From positions 32,001 to 96,000 of the forward strand of contig JAZDLX010000115.1 of assembly GCA_043801585.1 (NCBI GenBank): 64,000 nt of DNA. The letters run 5' to 3'. The notes under the pieces were generated by a model. The model did no database searches and was not told the DNA's origin. It saw nothing but the letters and a program-made list of their open reading frames with translations. The DNA is from a bacterium. Lineage in GTDB: Bacteria > Electryoneota > Electryoneia > Electryoneales > Electryoneaceae. Of the stretch, positions 1-9,691 are shown in pieces. Made by a program: the position numbers and the translations under genes. How positions within the stretch are numbered: position 1 is the stretch's first letter; every line of letters begins with the position of its first letter.

Positions 1-2
1 GC

Positions 3-641
3 TACCTGCAGATAACGATTGTCGATGAGGGGGTGGGCATTCCGGAAGAATTCCTGCAGCGGATCTTCGATCCGTTCTTCACCACCAAGCAGCGTGGCAG
101 CGGTCTCGGTCTGGCCAGCTCGTTTTCCATTATCCAGAAGCACGATGGACACATTACAGTGGAATCGAAGGTGGATTCAGGGACGACATTCACGATCTAT
201 CTGCCTGCTACGGAAACAGTCGAAGCCAAACGCCCGGAAACCGCCGATGGACCGTTCCAGGGATCGGGGAAGATCCTCATCATGGATGATGAAGCATCGG
301 TCCGACGGGTGGTCAAAGCGATGTTGGAAAAAATCGGTTTCGAGGTGGACGAAGCTGAAAATGGAATCAAGGCCATTGAAACTTATCAGAAAGCACGGAT
401 GGCGGGCGAGATGTATCGCGCAATCATTATGGACTTGACGATTCCCGGGGGAATGGGCGGGGGAGAGGCAATCCAGCATCTGCGCAAACTTGACCCGAAA
501 GTGAAGGTCATCGTCTCCTCGGGGTACTCAAACGACCCCGTGATGTCCAACTACGAACAGCATGGTTTCAAAGGTGTGGTCGCAAAACCGTATCGTCTGG
601 AAGAGTTGATACGTGTCATCCGTGACGTCCTTGGGGATTAG
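3..641 (+). CDS. Hybrid sensor histidine kinase, C-terminal part (HATPase + receiver), 5'-truncated by window edge
   Basis: DEGVGIP...[18 protein letters not shown] boxes followed by REC domain ([24 protein letters not shown]); frame open to window start. Confidence 0.93.
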   Translation, partial: YLQITIVDEGVGIPEEFLQRIFDPFFTTKQRGSGLGLASSFSIIQKHDGHITVESKVDSGTTFTIYLPATETVEAKRPETADGPFQGSGKILIMDDEASVRRVVKAMLEKIGFEVDEAENGIKAIETYQKARMAGEMYRAIIMDLTIPGGMGGGEAIQHLRKLDPKVKVIVSSGYSNDPVMSNYEQHGFKGVVAKPYRLEELIRVIRDVLGD

Positions 642-745
642 GCTCGCCGGGAGTCGCAACGACTGGTTCGACAGTCGGGGGTATGCTTACCTTTCGACGT
701 GTTCCCTCCGAGCATTCCCGATGAAGCATTGGGAGTATTGGATTC

Positions 746-1165
746 ATGACAGAAACACAAGAACGTAAAATCCGAATTTTGCTTGCAAAACCGGGTTTGG
801 ACGGCCATGATCGGGGAGCCAAAGTCATGGCCTCGGCATTCCGCGACGCCGGATTTGAGGTGATCTATACAGGCCTTCGACAGACGCCCGAAATGATTGT
901 GGAGGCGGCACTTCAGGAAGATGCGGACGTGGTCGCATTGTCGATTCTTTCCGGCTCACACATGACACAGTTTCCACGCGTTCTCGAGTTGATGAAAGAG
1001 AACGGTCTGGACGATGTTCTCCTGACGGGTGGGGGGATCATTCCTGACGAAGATGTTGTTTCGCTTCAGGAGCTGGGGATAGGCAAATTGTTCGGTCCCG
1101 GAACTTCCACCCAGGATGCGATTGAGTATATCCGAAAGTGGACGAAGGAACATCCCCGTGATTGA
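746..1165 (+). CDS. Cobalamin-binding subunit of methylmalonyl/acyl-CoA mutase
   Basis: [14 protein letters not shown]12-binding motif, LSILSG, GGIIP, FGPGT. Confidence 0.92.
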   Translation: MTETQERKIRILLAKPGLDGHDRGAKVMASAFRDAGFEVIYTGLRQTPEMIVEAALQEDADVVALSILSGSHMTQFPRVLELMKENGLDDVLLTGGGIIPDEDVVSLQELGIGKLFGPGTSTQDAIEYIRKWTKEHPRD

Positions 1166-1211
1166 AGCTGTATTTCGATTTAATGATAACCGTCTGGTGT
1201 GAGGAACAACG

Positions 1212-1958
1212 ATGTCCGGCCATTCAAAGTGGGCAACGATCAAGCGAAAGAAGGGGGCTGCGGACGCAGCGCGAGGAAAGATCTTCACTCGACTGATCCG
1301 CGAAATATCCATCGTTGCACGTGAAGGTGGTGGGGACCCCGAAGGAAACCCCCGGCTGCGTCTGGCGATCCAGAAAGCCAAGCAGCAGAATATGCCCCAG
1401 GAAAACATCATCCGTGGCATCAAGCGGGGCACAGGCGAACTCGAAGGACAGACTTTTGAAGAGATCACCTATGAGGGGTATGGACCCGGAGGGTGTGCGA
1501 TCATGGTGGATGTGATCACCGACAACCGGAACCGCACCGTTTCTGAAATGCGCCATTTGTTCAGCAAGTACGCCGGCAACCTGGCGGAGACCAACGCCGT
1601 GGCGTACATGTTCGAACGAAAAGCCGTCATCGAGTTGAATCCGGGAGGCAAGAGTGAGGACGACATCCTGATGGCTGCACTCGATTCCGGAGCAACGGAT
1701 GTAGTGCAGGAGGAAGACGGCAGTTATACCGTGACCGGTGAACCTGGTGATCTTGAAGCGATCAATTCCGCACTCGAGGCGTTTGGAGTCGAGATCATAT
1801 CCGCTGAATCGACGTTTGTTCCCAACAGTCTTGTCAACGTCGATGAGAAACACGCCCGCAGCCTGATCAAACTGATGGACGCTCTGGACGATCACGACGA
1901 CGTGCAGAAGGTCTATTCCAATTTTGATATCGATCCGAAACTTCTGGAAGAAGAATAG
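1212..1958 (+). CDS. yebC: YebC/PmpR family protein
   Basis: MSGHSKWATIKRKK N-terminus, YEGYGPGG, TDNRNRT, DDVQKVYSN. Confidence 0.97.
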   Translation: MSGHSKWATIKRKKGAADAARGKIFTRLIREISIVAREGGGDPEGNPRLRLAIQKAKQQNMPQENIIRGIKRGTGELEGQTFEEITYEGYGPGGCAIMVDVITDNRNRTVSEMRHLFSKYAGNLAETNAVAYMFERKAVIELNPGGKSEDDILMAALDSGATDVVQEEDGSYTVTGEPGDLEAINSALEAFGVEIISAESTFVPNSLVNVDEKHARSLIKLMDALDDHDDVQKVYSNFDIDPKLLEEE

Positions 1959-1990
1959 GGCGCATAGCCAGGCATATTCATCCGTAAACC

Positions 1991-2042
1991 AAAGCCGGTG
2001 GCGGCTGATTCGAGTGAATCGTTGACACATCGGCTTTTTTTT
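1991..2042 (+). terminator. Intrinsic terminator-like hairpin after yebC
   Basis: AAAGCCGGTG...CATCGGCTTT stem followed by T-tract. Confidence 0.6.
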
Positions 2043-2060
2043 ATTGGAGCGAGGGTGAAC

Positions 2061-2408
2061 ATGGCATCGGAAAGACTGGAACAGTTCTGGAAGGAACGAG
2101 AAAGGTTGAACGACATTGTCATGGCGTACGCGGGGCGTGACCTGAAACGTTTATATCATATCGACGACGCCGTATACAAGGATGGGGCTCTGCCGGCGAA
2201 AACGAAGGAACTGCTCGGCTATGTGGCGTCGCTTGTACTCCGTTGTGACGACTGCATTACCTATCATCTCGCGCAGCTTCATGACCTCGGGGTCACCAGT
2301 GAAGAATTCGAGGAGGCAACGGTCATCGGTTATGTCGTCGGTGGATCGATCACTGTTCCCCATCTCCGGCACGCTTTCGACCGCTGGGACGAGCTCCAGA
2401 ATTCCTGA
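2061..2408 (+). CDS. Carboxymuconolactone decarboxylase/AhpD-like protein
   Basis: GALPAKTKELL, LRCDDCITYH motif; ATG at 2061 after GAGG. Confidence 0.88.
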   Translation: MASERLEQFWKERERLNDIVMAYAGRDLKRLYHIDDAVYKDGALPAKTKELLGYVASLVLRCDDCITYHLAQLHDLGVTSEEFEEATVIGYVVGGSITVPHLRHAFDRWDELQNS

Positions 2409-2542
2409 CTCTCTGGGTGGCGAAGGGGGCTTGACCTGCCCCGGAAAGACTCGTAGGTTTCCTCTGCAGGTGCTTGAAAACACGCAAGATCAGGAACGAA
2501 TTGCGGGGTGATGCCATCCTTGGATGGAACGCTCTGATTTTT

Positions 2543-2574
2543 TTGACATTAATATTTACTTTTTTGTAAAGATT
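2543..2574 (+). promoter_or_regulatory. suf promoter region: TTGACA -35 with adjacent AT-rich palindromic operator
   Basis: TTGACA at 2543; near-perfect inverted repeat AATATTTAC-TTTTTT-GTAAAGATT at 2551-2574 just upstream of Rrf2 gene. Confidence 0.55.
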
Positions 2575-2591
2575 TATCCGAGGACGTTTGG

Positions 2592-3110
2592 ATGAAGATC
2601 ACAGCACTGGAAGAATACGGTCTCCGCTGCATGGTTCGGCTGGCGAAAGCCGGTCCGGGCAGGGCTCTCTCCCTGACGGAAATCGGGGGAGCCGAGGGGC
2701 TTTCCATCCCGTACTCCGGGAAACTGCTGGCGATGCTTCGCGAGGCTGGATTGGTCGTTGCCGAACGTGGGCGAAATGGTGGATACACTCTCGCGATGCC
2801 CGCTTCGCAAATCCGTCTGAAGCGGATTTTCGATGCGCTGGGAGAACCCATCTTCAGCGCAAACCATTGCGAACGCTATCAGACATCCGGCAACGAAGAA
2901 GGTAATTGTGTTCACCATGAAGACTGTTCCGTCCGTGATGTCTGGTCGTCTTTCCAGAAGATGATCGGCGAATTCCTGCAGCGTGTCACCCTGGAAGACC
3001 TGGCTCGCAGGAAACCGGGGAGTCGGCTGGACCTTTTCGAGTTGGCTGGATATGGCAGAGAAGGGGGAGAGTCCGGGAAGCTCAACCCTGCGGAGAGTGT
3101 TCAGGCGTAG
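2592..3110 (+). CDS. Rrf2 family transcriptional regulator (IscR-like, three Cys)
   Basis: EEYGLRCM, RGRNGGYTLA wing motif, C-x12-C-x5-C; heads suf operon. Confidence 0.92.
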   Translation: MKITALEEYGLRCMVRLAKAGPGRALSLTEIGGAEGLSIPYSGKLLAMLREAGLVVAERGRNGGYTLAMPASQIRLKRIFDALGEPIFSANHCERYQTSGNEEGNCVHHEDCSVRDVWSSFQKMIGEFLQRVTLEDLARRKPGSRLDLFELAGYGREGGESGKLNPAESVQA

Positions 3111-3156
3111 CGCCTGACGATGCTTGACAACAAAACGATAACGATATCCAAAGAGG

Positions 3157-3924
3157 TTGATTGTGGCGAACAACGACGTACTTCTATCCATTGAGGATCT
3201 GCACGTCACCGTGGAGGGCGTGGAGGTCGTCAAAGGGGTGTCACTGGAACTCAAGGCCGGTGAAAAGCACGCGATCATGGGTCCCAACGGATCCGGGAAA
3301 AGCAGCATGGCGAACGCCCTGGCGGGACATCCCGCGTACGAGATTACCCATGGTAAGGTGACACTTGCGGGTGTCAATCTGCTCGACATGGATGCTACCC
3401 AACGGAGCCGTGCGGGCCTGTTCCTCGCTTTCCAGTACCCGATGTCCGTCCCCGGCGTGACGGTCACCAACTTTCTTCGCAGCGCGGTCAAGGCGCATCG
3501 TGGCGATGGCGACGATGTGCTGCGTTCGTTTCGCAAGGATTTGAAAAACGCTTTCGAACTGCTGGAGATGGACGAAAAATTCGCCAGCCGTTACGTGAAT
3601 GACGGTTTTTCGGGAGGCGAGAAGAAGCGGTTTGAGATTCTGCAAATGGCGATGCTGTTGCCCAGGGTGATGATCCTTGACGAAACGGACAGCGGCCTCG
3701 ACATCGACGCGTTGAAGGTGGTGAGCGAGGGCGTTAACCGCGTTTCCAGCAAGGACAACGCGGTCCTGCTGGTCACCCATTACCAGCGCATCCTGAACTA
3801 TGTGAAGCCGGACCAGGTGCATGTGATGATCGACGGCCATATCGCCCTTAGCGGCGGAGCCGATCTCGCCTGTCAACTGGAAGAAAAGGGGTACGACTGG
3901 CTGAAGGCCGAGCAGGTGGCCTGA
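3157..3924 (+). CDS. sufC: Fe-S cluster assembly ATPase SufC
   Basis: [41 protein letters not shown]; exact start uncertain. Confidence 0.97.
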   Translation: MIVANNDVLLSIEDLHVTVEGVEVVKGVSLELKAGEKHAIMGPNGSGKSSMANALAGHPAYEITHGKVTLAGVNLLDMDATQRSRAGLFLAFQYPMSVPGVTVTNFLRSAVKAHRGDGDDVLRSFRKDLKNAFELLEMDEKFASRYVNDGFSGGEKKRFEILQMAMLLPRVMILDETDSGLDIDALKVVSEGVNRVSSKDNAVLLVTHYQRILNYVKPDQVHVMIDGHIALSGGADLACQLEEKGYDWLKAEQVA

Positions 3925-3961
3925 AGCGTCCCCTTGCAACGAAGCGCACAGGAGGGTTGAG

Positions 3962-5392
3962 GTGAGCGATACCCTTGTCAATAAGCCGGATCTGACCGGC
4001 ATCGGCGATGATTACGCGACGAAATACGGTTTCCATGACCCCGAAGAGTATTTCCACAAGGGTGCCAAGGGGCTGTCTCATGAAGTCGTCGAGATGATGT
4101 CCCTGATGAAAAAGGAACCGGAGTGGATGCGCGAATTCCGCCATCAAGCTTTGGACGTCTTCTACGCCAAGGAGATGCCGCGCTGGGGAGACACGGAGCG
4201 CCTTTCCCAAATCGACTTTGACGACATCTACTACTACATCAAACCGATTGAAATGCAGGGGCGCACCTGGGAAGATGTGCCGGAAAACATCAAGCTGACA
4301 TTCGAACGGCTTGGCATCCCCGAGGCCGAGCGGAAATATCTTGCCGGAGTTTCCGCCCAGTACGAATCCGAGGTTGTCTACCACAGCATGCAGCAGGAGC
4401 TCGTCGATCAGGGCGTGATCTTCACCGATATGGATTCCGCTGTTCGCGAGCATCCGGAGATCGTGCAGAAGTATTTCAGCACGGTGATTCCGGTGATGGA
4501 CAACAAGTTTGCGGCGCTCAACAGCGCCGTCTGGTCCGGAGGCTCTTTTATCTATGTGCCGCCCGGTGTTGAGGTTAAAGTCCCGCTGCAGGCGTATTTC
4601 AGGATCAACGCGGAGAGCATGGGCCAGTTCGAGCGCACGCTGATTATCGCGGACAAGGGCAGCCGTGTCCATTACATCGAGGGCTGCACGGCGCCGGTGT
4701 ATTCATCGAACAGCCTCCATTGCGCGGTCGTTGAGCTGATCGCCCTCGAGGATTCCTACATCCGCTATTCGACGATTCAGAACTGGTCGCACAACATCTA
4801 CAACCTCGTCACCAAGCGCGCCATGGCGCACAAGAACGCCACCGTTGAGTGGGTCGATGGCAACATCGGCAGCAAGCTGACGATGAAATATCCTGCGGTG
4901 TACCTCGTTGGAGAGGGAGCCAAGGGCGAGATCCTTACGGTGGCCTTTGCGGGCAAGGATCAGCACCAGGACAGCGGCGCCAAGGTGGTTCACGCCGCGC
5001 CGCACACCACAAGCCGGATTACCTCGAAGTCGATCAGCAAGAACGGGGGACGGGCGAGCTACCGCGGCCTGGTCAAAGTCTATCCGAACGCGAATAACTG
5101 TCATGTGAACGTCGAGTGTGACGCTCTGCTCCTTGACAGCGAATCGCGGACGGATACCTACCCGACCATGGAGATTGACAACAATCATGTCACCATCGAG
5201 CACGAGGCGTCGGTTTCCAAGGTGGCCGAGGAGCAGGTTTTTTACCTGATGAGCCGCGGTCTCAGTGAGGATGAGGCGAGACTCCTGATCGTCAACGGGT
5301 TTATCAACCCGTTCGTCAAGGAGCTTCCGATGGAGTACGCAATTGAATTGAACCGCCTGATCGAGCTCGAGATGGAAGGCTCGGTGGGCTGA
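3962..5392 (+). CDS. sufB: Fe-S cluster assembly protein SufB
   Basis: [49 protein letters not shown]. Confidence 0.98.
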   Translation: MSDTLVNKPDLTGIGDDYATKYGFHDPEEYFHKGAKGLSHEVVEMMSLMKKEPEWMREFRHQALDVFYAKEMPRWGDTERLSQIDFDDIYYYIKPIEMQGRTWEDVPENIKLTFERLGIPEAERKYLAGVSAQYESEVVYHSMQQELVDQGVIFTDMDSAVREHPEIVQKYFSTVIPVMDNKFAALNSAVWSGGSFIYVPPGVEVKVPLQAYFRINAESMGQFERTLIIADKGSRVHYIEGCTAPVYSSNSLHCAVVELIALEDSYIRYSTIQNWSHNIYNLVTKRAMAHKNATVEWVDGNIGSKLTMKYPAVYLVGEGAKGEILTVAFAGKDQHQDSGAKVVHAAPHTTSRITSKSISKNGGRASYRGLVKVYPNANNCHVNVECDALLLDSESRTDTYPTMEIDNNHVTIEHEASVSKVAEEQVFYLMSRGLSEDEARLLIVNGFINPFVKELPMEYAIELNRLIELEMEGSVG

Positions 5393-5408
5393 GGAACGGA
5401 TATTCACG

Positions 5409-6698
5409 ATGACACAAACGAACGCAACAACCGCACCCGTCCAGTTCCGTCCGCGTCACGACCAGGAACCGGAATGGCTGTACGATCTTCGCTCCCGTTC
5501 CTGGAGAGCCTGGGAGACATCCCCATTGCCCGATCGCGTGGTGCACCTGTGGCGCTACACGGAGCCGCAACGGTTCGTGCCCGATGCCCTCGAGGGATTG
5601 TTGCGCAGTTACCCTGTGATGCCCAATGGTCACGCGGATCAGGCGAAAGCGGTACCTGACAATAGGGTGGGGCACGCCTACAACGACACGAGCCTGTTGA
5701 CCCTTGCACGGCTGACACCCGAAGCCGCTAAAATGGGTGTCGTCCTGACGGATCTGTTGACAGCTGTCCATCAGCATCCGGACCTCATCCGCGAATATCT
5801 CGGCAGCGCCGTGGGCGAGAATTTCGACAAGTTCGAGACGCTCAACCTGGCGCTCTGGAACACCGGGCTGTTCCTGTATGTGCCGGATGGCGTTGTGCTC
5901 GACAAGCCAATTCATCTCCACCGCACTTCTGGTAACGGGGACACGTTGATGCGCCTTCTTGCCGTTGTCGGAGAAAACTCGGAAGTCACCATCATCGACG
6001 ATTACGAGGGGCAGCAGGGCGTCCAGGCGCGGATCAACAGCGTCGTGGAGTTGATCGCCAAGGCATCGTCCCGCGTGACCTTCTCGACGTTTATCCGCCT
6101 CGCGGATGAGGATTCCCTTTTCCTCACGCAGCGCAACCGCATTGGTCAGGATGTCAGCCTTCGCTCGTCCGCACTTTCGCTCGGTGCGGGTCTCACCAAG
6201 GTCAATTGGGGAACCCAGCTCGAGGGAAGAGGGGCGGACAGCCGGTGGACGGGGCTGCTGATGGGAGGGGACGAGCAGCACTTTGACAATCACACGCTCC
6301 ACCGTCACATGGCGGGTGAGACCTGTTCGAACCTGGAGTTCAAGGTCGCTTTGAAGGATCGGGCGGTTTCCTCCTACACAGGACGGATCAACATTGAACC
6401 ACACGCTGCATTCTGCGAGGCCTACCAGGAGAATCGGAACCTGCTGCTCTCGGACGCGGCAAAGGTGGAGTCGATTCCCGAGCTTGAAATCGTCAACGAC
6501 GACGTCAAGTGCTCGCATGGCGTGACCGTGGGAATGCTTGAGCCGGAGCAACTTTTCTATCTTACCAGCCGAGGGATTGAGGAAGAGGAGGCGCGGCGGA
6601 TCATTCTTGCCGGTTTCTTCGAAGAACCACTCGCACAAGTTCCCCAGGAGTTGCGCGAACTTGGTCATACACTTCTGATGCAGAAACTGGAGGCTTGA
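5409..6698 (+). CDS. sufD: Fe-S cluster assembly protein SufD
   Basis: WRYT, NRNLLLS, SIPELEI..DDVKCSHGVTVG, LFYLTSRGI. Confidence 0.95.
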   Translation: MTQTNATTAPVQFRPRHDQEPEWLYDLRSRSWRAWETSPLPDRVVHLWRYTEPQRFVPDALEGLLRSYPVMPNGHADQAKAVPDNRVGHAYNDTSLLTLARLTPEAAKMGVVLTDLLTAVHQHPDLIREYLGSAVGENFDKFETLNLALWNTGLFLYVPDGVVLDKPIHLHRTSGNGDTLMRLLAVVGENSEVTIIDDYEGQQGVQARINSVVELIAKASSRVTFSTFIRLADEDSLFLTQRNRIGQDVSLRSSALSLGAGLTKVNWGTQLEGRGADSRWTGLLMGGDEQHFDNHTLHRHMAGETCSNLEFKVALKDRAVSSYTGRINIEPHAAFCEAYQENRNLLLSDAAKVESIPELEIVNDDVKCSHGVTVGMLEPEQLFYLTSRGIEEEEARRIILAGFFEEPLAQVPQELRELGHTLLMQKLEA

Positions 6699-6701
6699 CC
6701 G

Positions 6702-7016
6702 ATGGCGTCCTTTCACGAAGCGTGCAGTACAAAAGATGTTCAGAATGGAATGACGAAGATGTTCAAAGTCAGCGGAAAGAACGTGTTGATTGCGAATGAC
6801 AAGGGCTCTTTTTACGCCCTGAGTCCCTATTGCACTCATGACGGACAGGATCTGGACGCCGATGAGATCGTGGACCACGCGCTCACCTGCCCCCGGCATG
6901 GCGCCGTGTTTGACGTTCGGGACGGGTCCGTCATCCGCATGCCCGCTGTGTACGGGTTGGCCACCTATCCGGTGAAGGTTGAAAACGACACCGTTTTCAT
7001 CCAGATCGGCGATTGA
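6702..7016 (+). CDS. Rieske-type [2Fe-2S] ferredoxin
   Basis: CTH...CPRHGAVFD Rieske motifs. Confidence 0.92.
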   Translation: MASFHEACSTKDVQNGMTKMFKVSGKNVLIANDKGSFYALSPYCTHDGQDLDADEIVDHALTCPRHGAVFDVRDGSVIRMPAVYGLATYPVKVENDTVFIQIGD

Positions 7017-7028
7017 TGGAGGCGCAGG

Positions 7029-8318
7029 ATGGAATCGCCGGAAACTGTTGTCGCAAAAGAGATCATGCGGGGTACCAGGCTTCCTGCGTACGACCTTCAG
7101 GCGGTGCGGGCAGACTTTCCGATCCTCAGCAGAAGGATCAACGGGGAGCCTCTCGTCTACCTCGATAATGCGGCGACCACCCAGAAACCTCAGGCGGTGA
7201 TCGATGCGTTGAGTGATTACTACTCCTCTCACAATGCGAACGTCCATCGGGGCATCCACACACTCGCCGAAGAGGCAACAGCATCCTACGAGGCGACTCG
7301 TGATCTGGTGGCGAAGTGGGTGGGGGACGTCAAGCGCGAGGAGATCGTCTTCACCAGCGGGGCTACGGAATCCATCAACCTCGTCGCATCATCATGGGGT
7401 GAACGGAATCTTAAGGTGGGAGACAGGGTTCTCCTCACCCGGATGGAACATCACGCCAATCTCGTACCCTGGTTGCAGGTGGCTCAGAAGACCGGTGCGG
7501 AAGTTGTCTATATCCCGATCATGGGCGATGGGCTTTTGGACATCGAAGCCGCGGAAAAGATCTTGAGCGACGGACGGGTCAGACTGGTCGCGCTGACACA
7601 TGTCTCGAACGTCCTTGGTACAATCAACCCTGTTGCCGAGATGGTTTCGTTGGCGAAGAATCACGGTGCGGTTACCCTCGTCGACGGCGCACAGGCGGTT
7701 CCTCATCAGGCGGTGAACATTCCGGAAATTGGCGCGGATTTCTATGCCTTCAGCGCTCACAAGATGCTCGGCCCGACAGGTGTCGGAGTGCTCTACGGAC
7801 GGGAAGACATCCTGGGCGGAATGGAGCCCTACCAGACGGGAGGCGAAATGATCCGTCTGGTGACCTACGAAAAGGCCACATGGGCCGACCTTCCCCACAG
7901 ATTTGAGGCTGGCACCCCGAACATCGCCGGGGTAATTGCCTTTGCGAAGGCGATCGAGTACCTGAAATCGTTGGGGATGGCTGCTATCCGGGATCACGAG
8001 CGGGAGTTGACCTCGAACCTATTGAGTGCTTTCGACGCCTTGCCGTGGCTGATGGTGTTTGGCCCGCGGGAACTTTCCGAGCGTGCCGGAGTGGTCAGTT
8101 TTGAGGTTGAAGGAGTTCACCCGCACGATCTCGCGCAGTTCCTCGACAGCAAAGGTATCGCTGTCCGTGCAGGACATCATTGCGCACAGCCGTTGACGAA
8201 ACTGCTCGGCAGGACCTCCACGACTCGAGCGAGCGTCTATCTGTACAACACGGCAGACGAAATCGACCAGGTTGTCGAAGCGGTTCGTGAAGCGCGGCGT
8301 TATTTCGTCGGGAACTGA
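7029..8318 (+). CDS. sufS: Cysteine desulfurase SufS
   Basis: YLDNAATTQKP, FSAHKMLGPTG, RAGHHCAQP. Confidence 0.97.
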   Translation: MESPETVVAKEIMRGTRLPAYDLQAVRADFPILSRRINGEPLVYLDNAATTQKPQAVIDALSDYYSSHNANVHRGIHTLAEEATASYEATRDLVAKWVGDVKREEIVFTSGATESINLVASSWGERNLKVGDRVLLTRMEHHANLVPWLQVAQKTGAEVVYIPIMGDGLLDIEAAEKILSDGRVRLVALTHVSNVLGTINPVAEMVSLAKNHGAVTLVDGAQAVPHQAVNIPEIGADFYAFSAHKMLGPTGVGVLYGREDILGGMEPYQTGGEMIRLVTYEKATWADLPHRFEAGTPNIAGVIAFAKAIEYLKSLGMAAIRDHERELTSNLLSAFDALPWLMVFGPRELSERAGVVSFEVEGVHPHDLAQFLDSKGIAVRAGHHCAQPLTKLLGRTSTTRASVYLYNTADEIDQVVEAVREARRYFVGN

Positions 8319-8340
8319 AAGCAAAGGACAGGGACGACCA

Positions 8341-8841
8341 GTGCTGGAAAAAGAACACGAACTCGGTGAATTGTATCGGGATATCATTCTCGATCATTAT
8401 CGCTCGCCACGTGGACGGAGAGAAGTTGACAATCCGGACATTATCAACGAGGGACAGAATCCCGTGTGCGGCGACGAAGTCGAGATGCGTGTTCGGATGA
8501 ACGGGGACGTGATCGAGGATCTGGGCGTTCATTGTGTTGGCTGTGCGATCTCGGTGGCATCCGGGTCGATGTTGGCGGAAATTGCTCGTGGAAAGTCCAT
8601 CTCGGAACTGAAGCAGATCGCCTCTGCGATCAAACAGATGTTGACGAACGGAGAACCATCGGACGCTGTGGACCTTTCGGAACTCAGCGATCTCGAGGTG
8701 CTGGAGGGTGTGCGCAATTTCCCCGTCCGGATCAAGTGCGCTCTGCTCGCGTGGGTGACGTTGATCGAAGGTCTGGAACGATACGAGAATGGCAAAAACG
8801 AGAACCATGTTTCAACCACCGAGGAGGGAAATCTTCCATAA
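8341..8841 (+). CDS. sufU: SufU family sulfur-transfer protein
   Basis: LYRDIILDHY, NPVCGDE, GCAISVASGS, PVRIKCALL; GTG start at 8341 inferred. Confidence 0.92.
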   Translation: MLEKEHELGELYRDIILDHYRSPRGRREVDNPDIINEGQNPVCGDEVEMRVRMNGDVIEDLGVHCVGCAISVASGSMLAEIARGKSISELKQIASAIKQMLTNGEPSDAVDLSELSDLEVLEGVRNFPVRIKCALLAWVTLIEGLERYENGKNENHVSTTEEGNLP

Positions 8842-8876
8842 GACTCAGGTTGAATTCATTGCGCAGTAAGAATCGT

Positions 8877-8900
8877 CCCCTTGACAAAAAGGGGTATTTT
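8877..8900 (+). terminator. Possible terminator of suf operon
   Basis: CCCCTT..AAGGGG stem then TATTTT. Confidence 0.4.
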
Positions 8901-8967
8901 GTTGCAATCATTGATGAATTGCGGGGTATGCGAAAAGCGTATCGTATGAAGACGAAGGGCTGATGAC

Positions 8968-9621
8968 TCAATCAATGCCCTTTGCCAAGAGTTCTTCGAT
9001 CGTGAGCGTTGTTCTTAACGTCTCTTCAAACGAAGACGCATCTTTGATTCCCACGGCTTCGTTCAACCCGATCACAAAATCCCGATGAGGTCGTTTCGCA
9101 CGGTAGTTCGGTTCGCGCGGCGGGTGGGGGAGGTAGCGGTCGAGCAGCTCGAGTCTTGGTGTGACGAGGATGCTCGCTGAGAAATAAAGCAAGTCTTTCG
9201 CACGGTGGAGTGATGTCCCGGCGATTTTGCGATCTCCGATGACGAGATCGCTGATCCCATCGACACGAACGCTGGGGACACCGCAAGCATCAAGTCCTTC
9301 CGCAAGCCATTCACAGCAACGTTGGAACCATTTCTTTGTGTCCCCAAGCCCAGGCACGGGAAGAACGACCGACACAATCACATTCCCGGGATCGAGCACC
9401 ACTGCGCATCCTCCTCCAGGCCGCCGTTCGAGTGGGACTCCGTCATTGCGGATCGCATCGAAATAGACTTCGTCTTTGATCTTGCTGCCATGCCCGAGAA
9501 TCACCCGCACCGTTGCGGGGTGATACACCTTCAGGCGGGCTTTCCCGTCCTTTCTCAGAGCGGCGACGAGGTACGCATCGTCCTGATAAACCCCAATGCC
9601 GTATTCGCTGTCAGATTTCAT
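8968..9621 (-). CDS. Lipoate-protein ligase A family protein
   Basis: RRPGGGCAVVLD, GISDL..GDRKIAG; directly downstream of lpdA. Confidence 0.85.
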   Translation of the reverse strand: MKSDSEYGIGVYQDDAYLVAALRKDGKARLKVYHPATVRVILGHGSKIKDEVYFDAIRNDGVPLERRPGGGCAVVLDPGNVIVSVVLPVPGLGDTKKWFQRCCEWLAEGLDACGVPSVRVDGISDLVIGDRKIAGTSLHRAKDLLYFSASILVTPRLELLDRYLPHPPREPNYRAKRPHRDFVIGLNEAVGIKDASSFEETLRTTLTIEELLAKGID

Positions 9622-9691
9622 CTCACACCAAGTAAAATGGGAACCCCGGAAGGTCGGGATTCCCTTGACGTATTACAATCCTTGACGACCG

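Noticed and set aside
5316..7259. Long antisense ORFs (also 16801-18540, 33575-35170, 34974-36572 and others)
   Set aside because: Shadow frames of well-supported genes in high-GC DNA; no domain motifs.
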